From Pyrobaculum calidifontis JCM 11548 (GTDB taxonomy: Archaea > Thermoproteota > Thermoprotei > Thermoproteales > Thermoproteaceae), in NCBI RefSeq assembly GCF_000015805.1, contig NC_009073.1, positions 480,001 to 512,000 of the forward strand: a DNA stretch of 32,000 nucleotides, written 5' to 3'. Below are positions 31,311 through 32,000 of the stretch, piece after piece; the first letter of the stretch is position 1, and every line of letters begins with the position of its first letter. Position numbers and translations under genes: made by a program. Below the pieces are notes generated by a model. The model was not told the DNA's origin. It saw nothing but the letters and a program-made list of their open reading frames with translations, and searched no databases.

Positions 31311-32000
31311 TTATAGGATCATGCTGAGCAGAGATACGAGGAGCGGCGTTGGGACTATGGTCGTCTCTCTGTACTCCATGAACCCCAAGGCCACGAGCTT
31401 TGTCATCTGTGGATCTGTTAAAAAGGCCTGCGGCATTGTGGGAACTAGAACTGAGAGCAGTGCGTCTTTCTCGTAGGTGAACTCCCTCGGCAAAATCTGC
31501 CTCAGTCTCTCAACTACGCACTCCCTATTAACCACATGCCGATTTTCGTAAAGTTCGTACTCGACGTAGTTGGCCACGCGGATGTTCCAGCCCTCAGCCC
31601 CGGCCAGGGACTGGAAAAGCCCGTCGAGGTAGTCGCCGCTGAGGGGTCTAAACACGGCGCGTCTGCCAGAGGCGGCTACGAAGAGTGTGCCCAAGTAGGG
31701 GTCGGGGTAGAGGGAGGCGTACTCCCCCTCCGCTCCCGGCGCCTGGTCTGAGAAATATGCGAAGTGTTTATACCCACTCGGCAGAACGGCGTATAGCCAG
31801 CAGGGGTCGAGGGGCTCGCCGTACTTCTGGACGCCGGCCTCCACGAGCCGCGCGATGTAGGACCCCAAGTCGAAGAGTCCGTAGAGCTTAGTCGATATGA
31901 GAGAGGCGGCTGTGATCAAGTGCGGCGTCACGACCGGCGGCGGGGGGTACTGCAACAGTACTACTCTCCTAGGCGACTCCACATGCGTCTCTGGGGACAA
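31311..32000 (-). CDS. Hypothetical protein, 5' end beyond the right edge
   Basis: The open frame reaches the window edge, so the track's initial M is just the first codon. The ORF is coherent and non-repetitive. No family recognised. Confidence 0.5.
   Translation of the reverse strand: MSPETHVESPRRVVLLQYPPPPVVTPHLITAASLISTKLYGLFDLGSYIARLVEAGVQKYGEPLDPCWLYAVLPSGYKHFAYFSDQAPGAEGEYASLYPDPYLGTLFVAASGRRAVFRPLSGDYLDGLFQSLAGAEGWNIRVANYVEYELYENRHVVNRECVVERLRQILPREFTYEKDALLSVLVPTMPQAFLTDPQMTKLVALGFMEYRETTIVPTPLLVSLLSMIL

Noticed and set aside
1-32000. Search for CRISPR arrays, tRNA/rRNA genes, IS elements/transposases, integrases and long direct repeats
   Set aside because: I saw no regularly spaced repeats, no T-arm/acceptor-stem architecture in the non-coding stretches, and no transposase- or integrase-like ORFs. 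The window looks like core chromosome.

Overview
GC-rich (roughly 55-60%) archaeal chromosomal window. It is best explained as a Thermoproteales (Pyrobaculum/Thermoproteus-like) crenarchaeon; this assignment is an inference from gene content and gene-start architecture. Packing is very tight, with many 4-nt ATGA/GTGA overlaps and frequent GTG/TTG starts. A/T-rich TATA-like boxes lie about 21-27 nt upstream of most first-in-unit start codons, which implies leaderless mRNAs, and I used this spacing to refine several starts.

Content, left to right:
- Partial GT2 glycosyltransferase (absent from the ORF track), thyX plus an overlapping unknown ORF.
- COG1931-like RNA-binding protein and the RNase P proteins Pop5 and Rpp30.
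- RimK-type ATP-grasp ligase, GyrI-like protein, NucS/EndoMS.
- An AT-rich island with a small acidic ORF.
- Class-III aminotransferase, then SDR and FolE (translationally coupled), then a membrane GT.
- A complex-I-like cluster nuoD-H-I-J-K-M-L-N, with no nuoA/B/C in the window.
- A split TauE/SafE permease, ndk, a small unknown ORF, a KaiC/RecA-like ATPase.
- Dolichyl-phosphate sugar synthase fused to GtrA, saccharopine-dehydrogenase-like protein, hisS, carbamate kinase, MFS transporter.
- A SecB-like small protein, a 277-aa unknown, tatC, tatA, an EamA transporter, an FAD oxidoreductase and a partial unknown ORF.

I found no rRNA, tRNA, CRISPR array or IS element. By eye I found four box C/D sRNA candidates, all with a 3-nt D'-C' loop and all wedged against gene boundaries. 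I also found one ribbon-helix-helix ORF below the 60-aa cutoff of the ORF track.

Most interesting leads: the SecB-like/unknown/Tat neighbourhood; a NuoD homologue whose canonical quinone-site His and Tyr positions look substituted; the intercistronic C/D sRNA; the AT-rich island downstream of nucS; and the folE-SDR coupling. All family calls come from motif recognition and recall, since no searches could be run.
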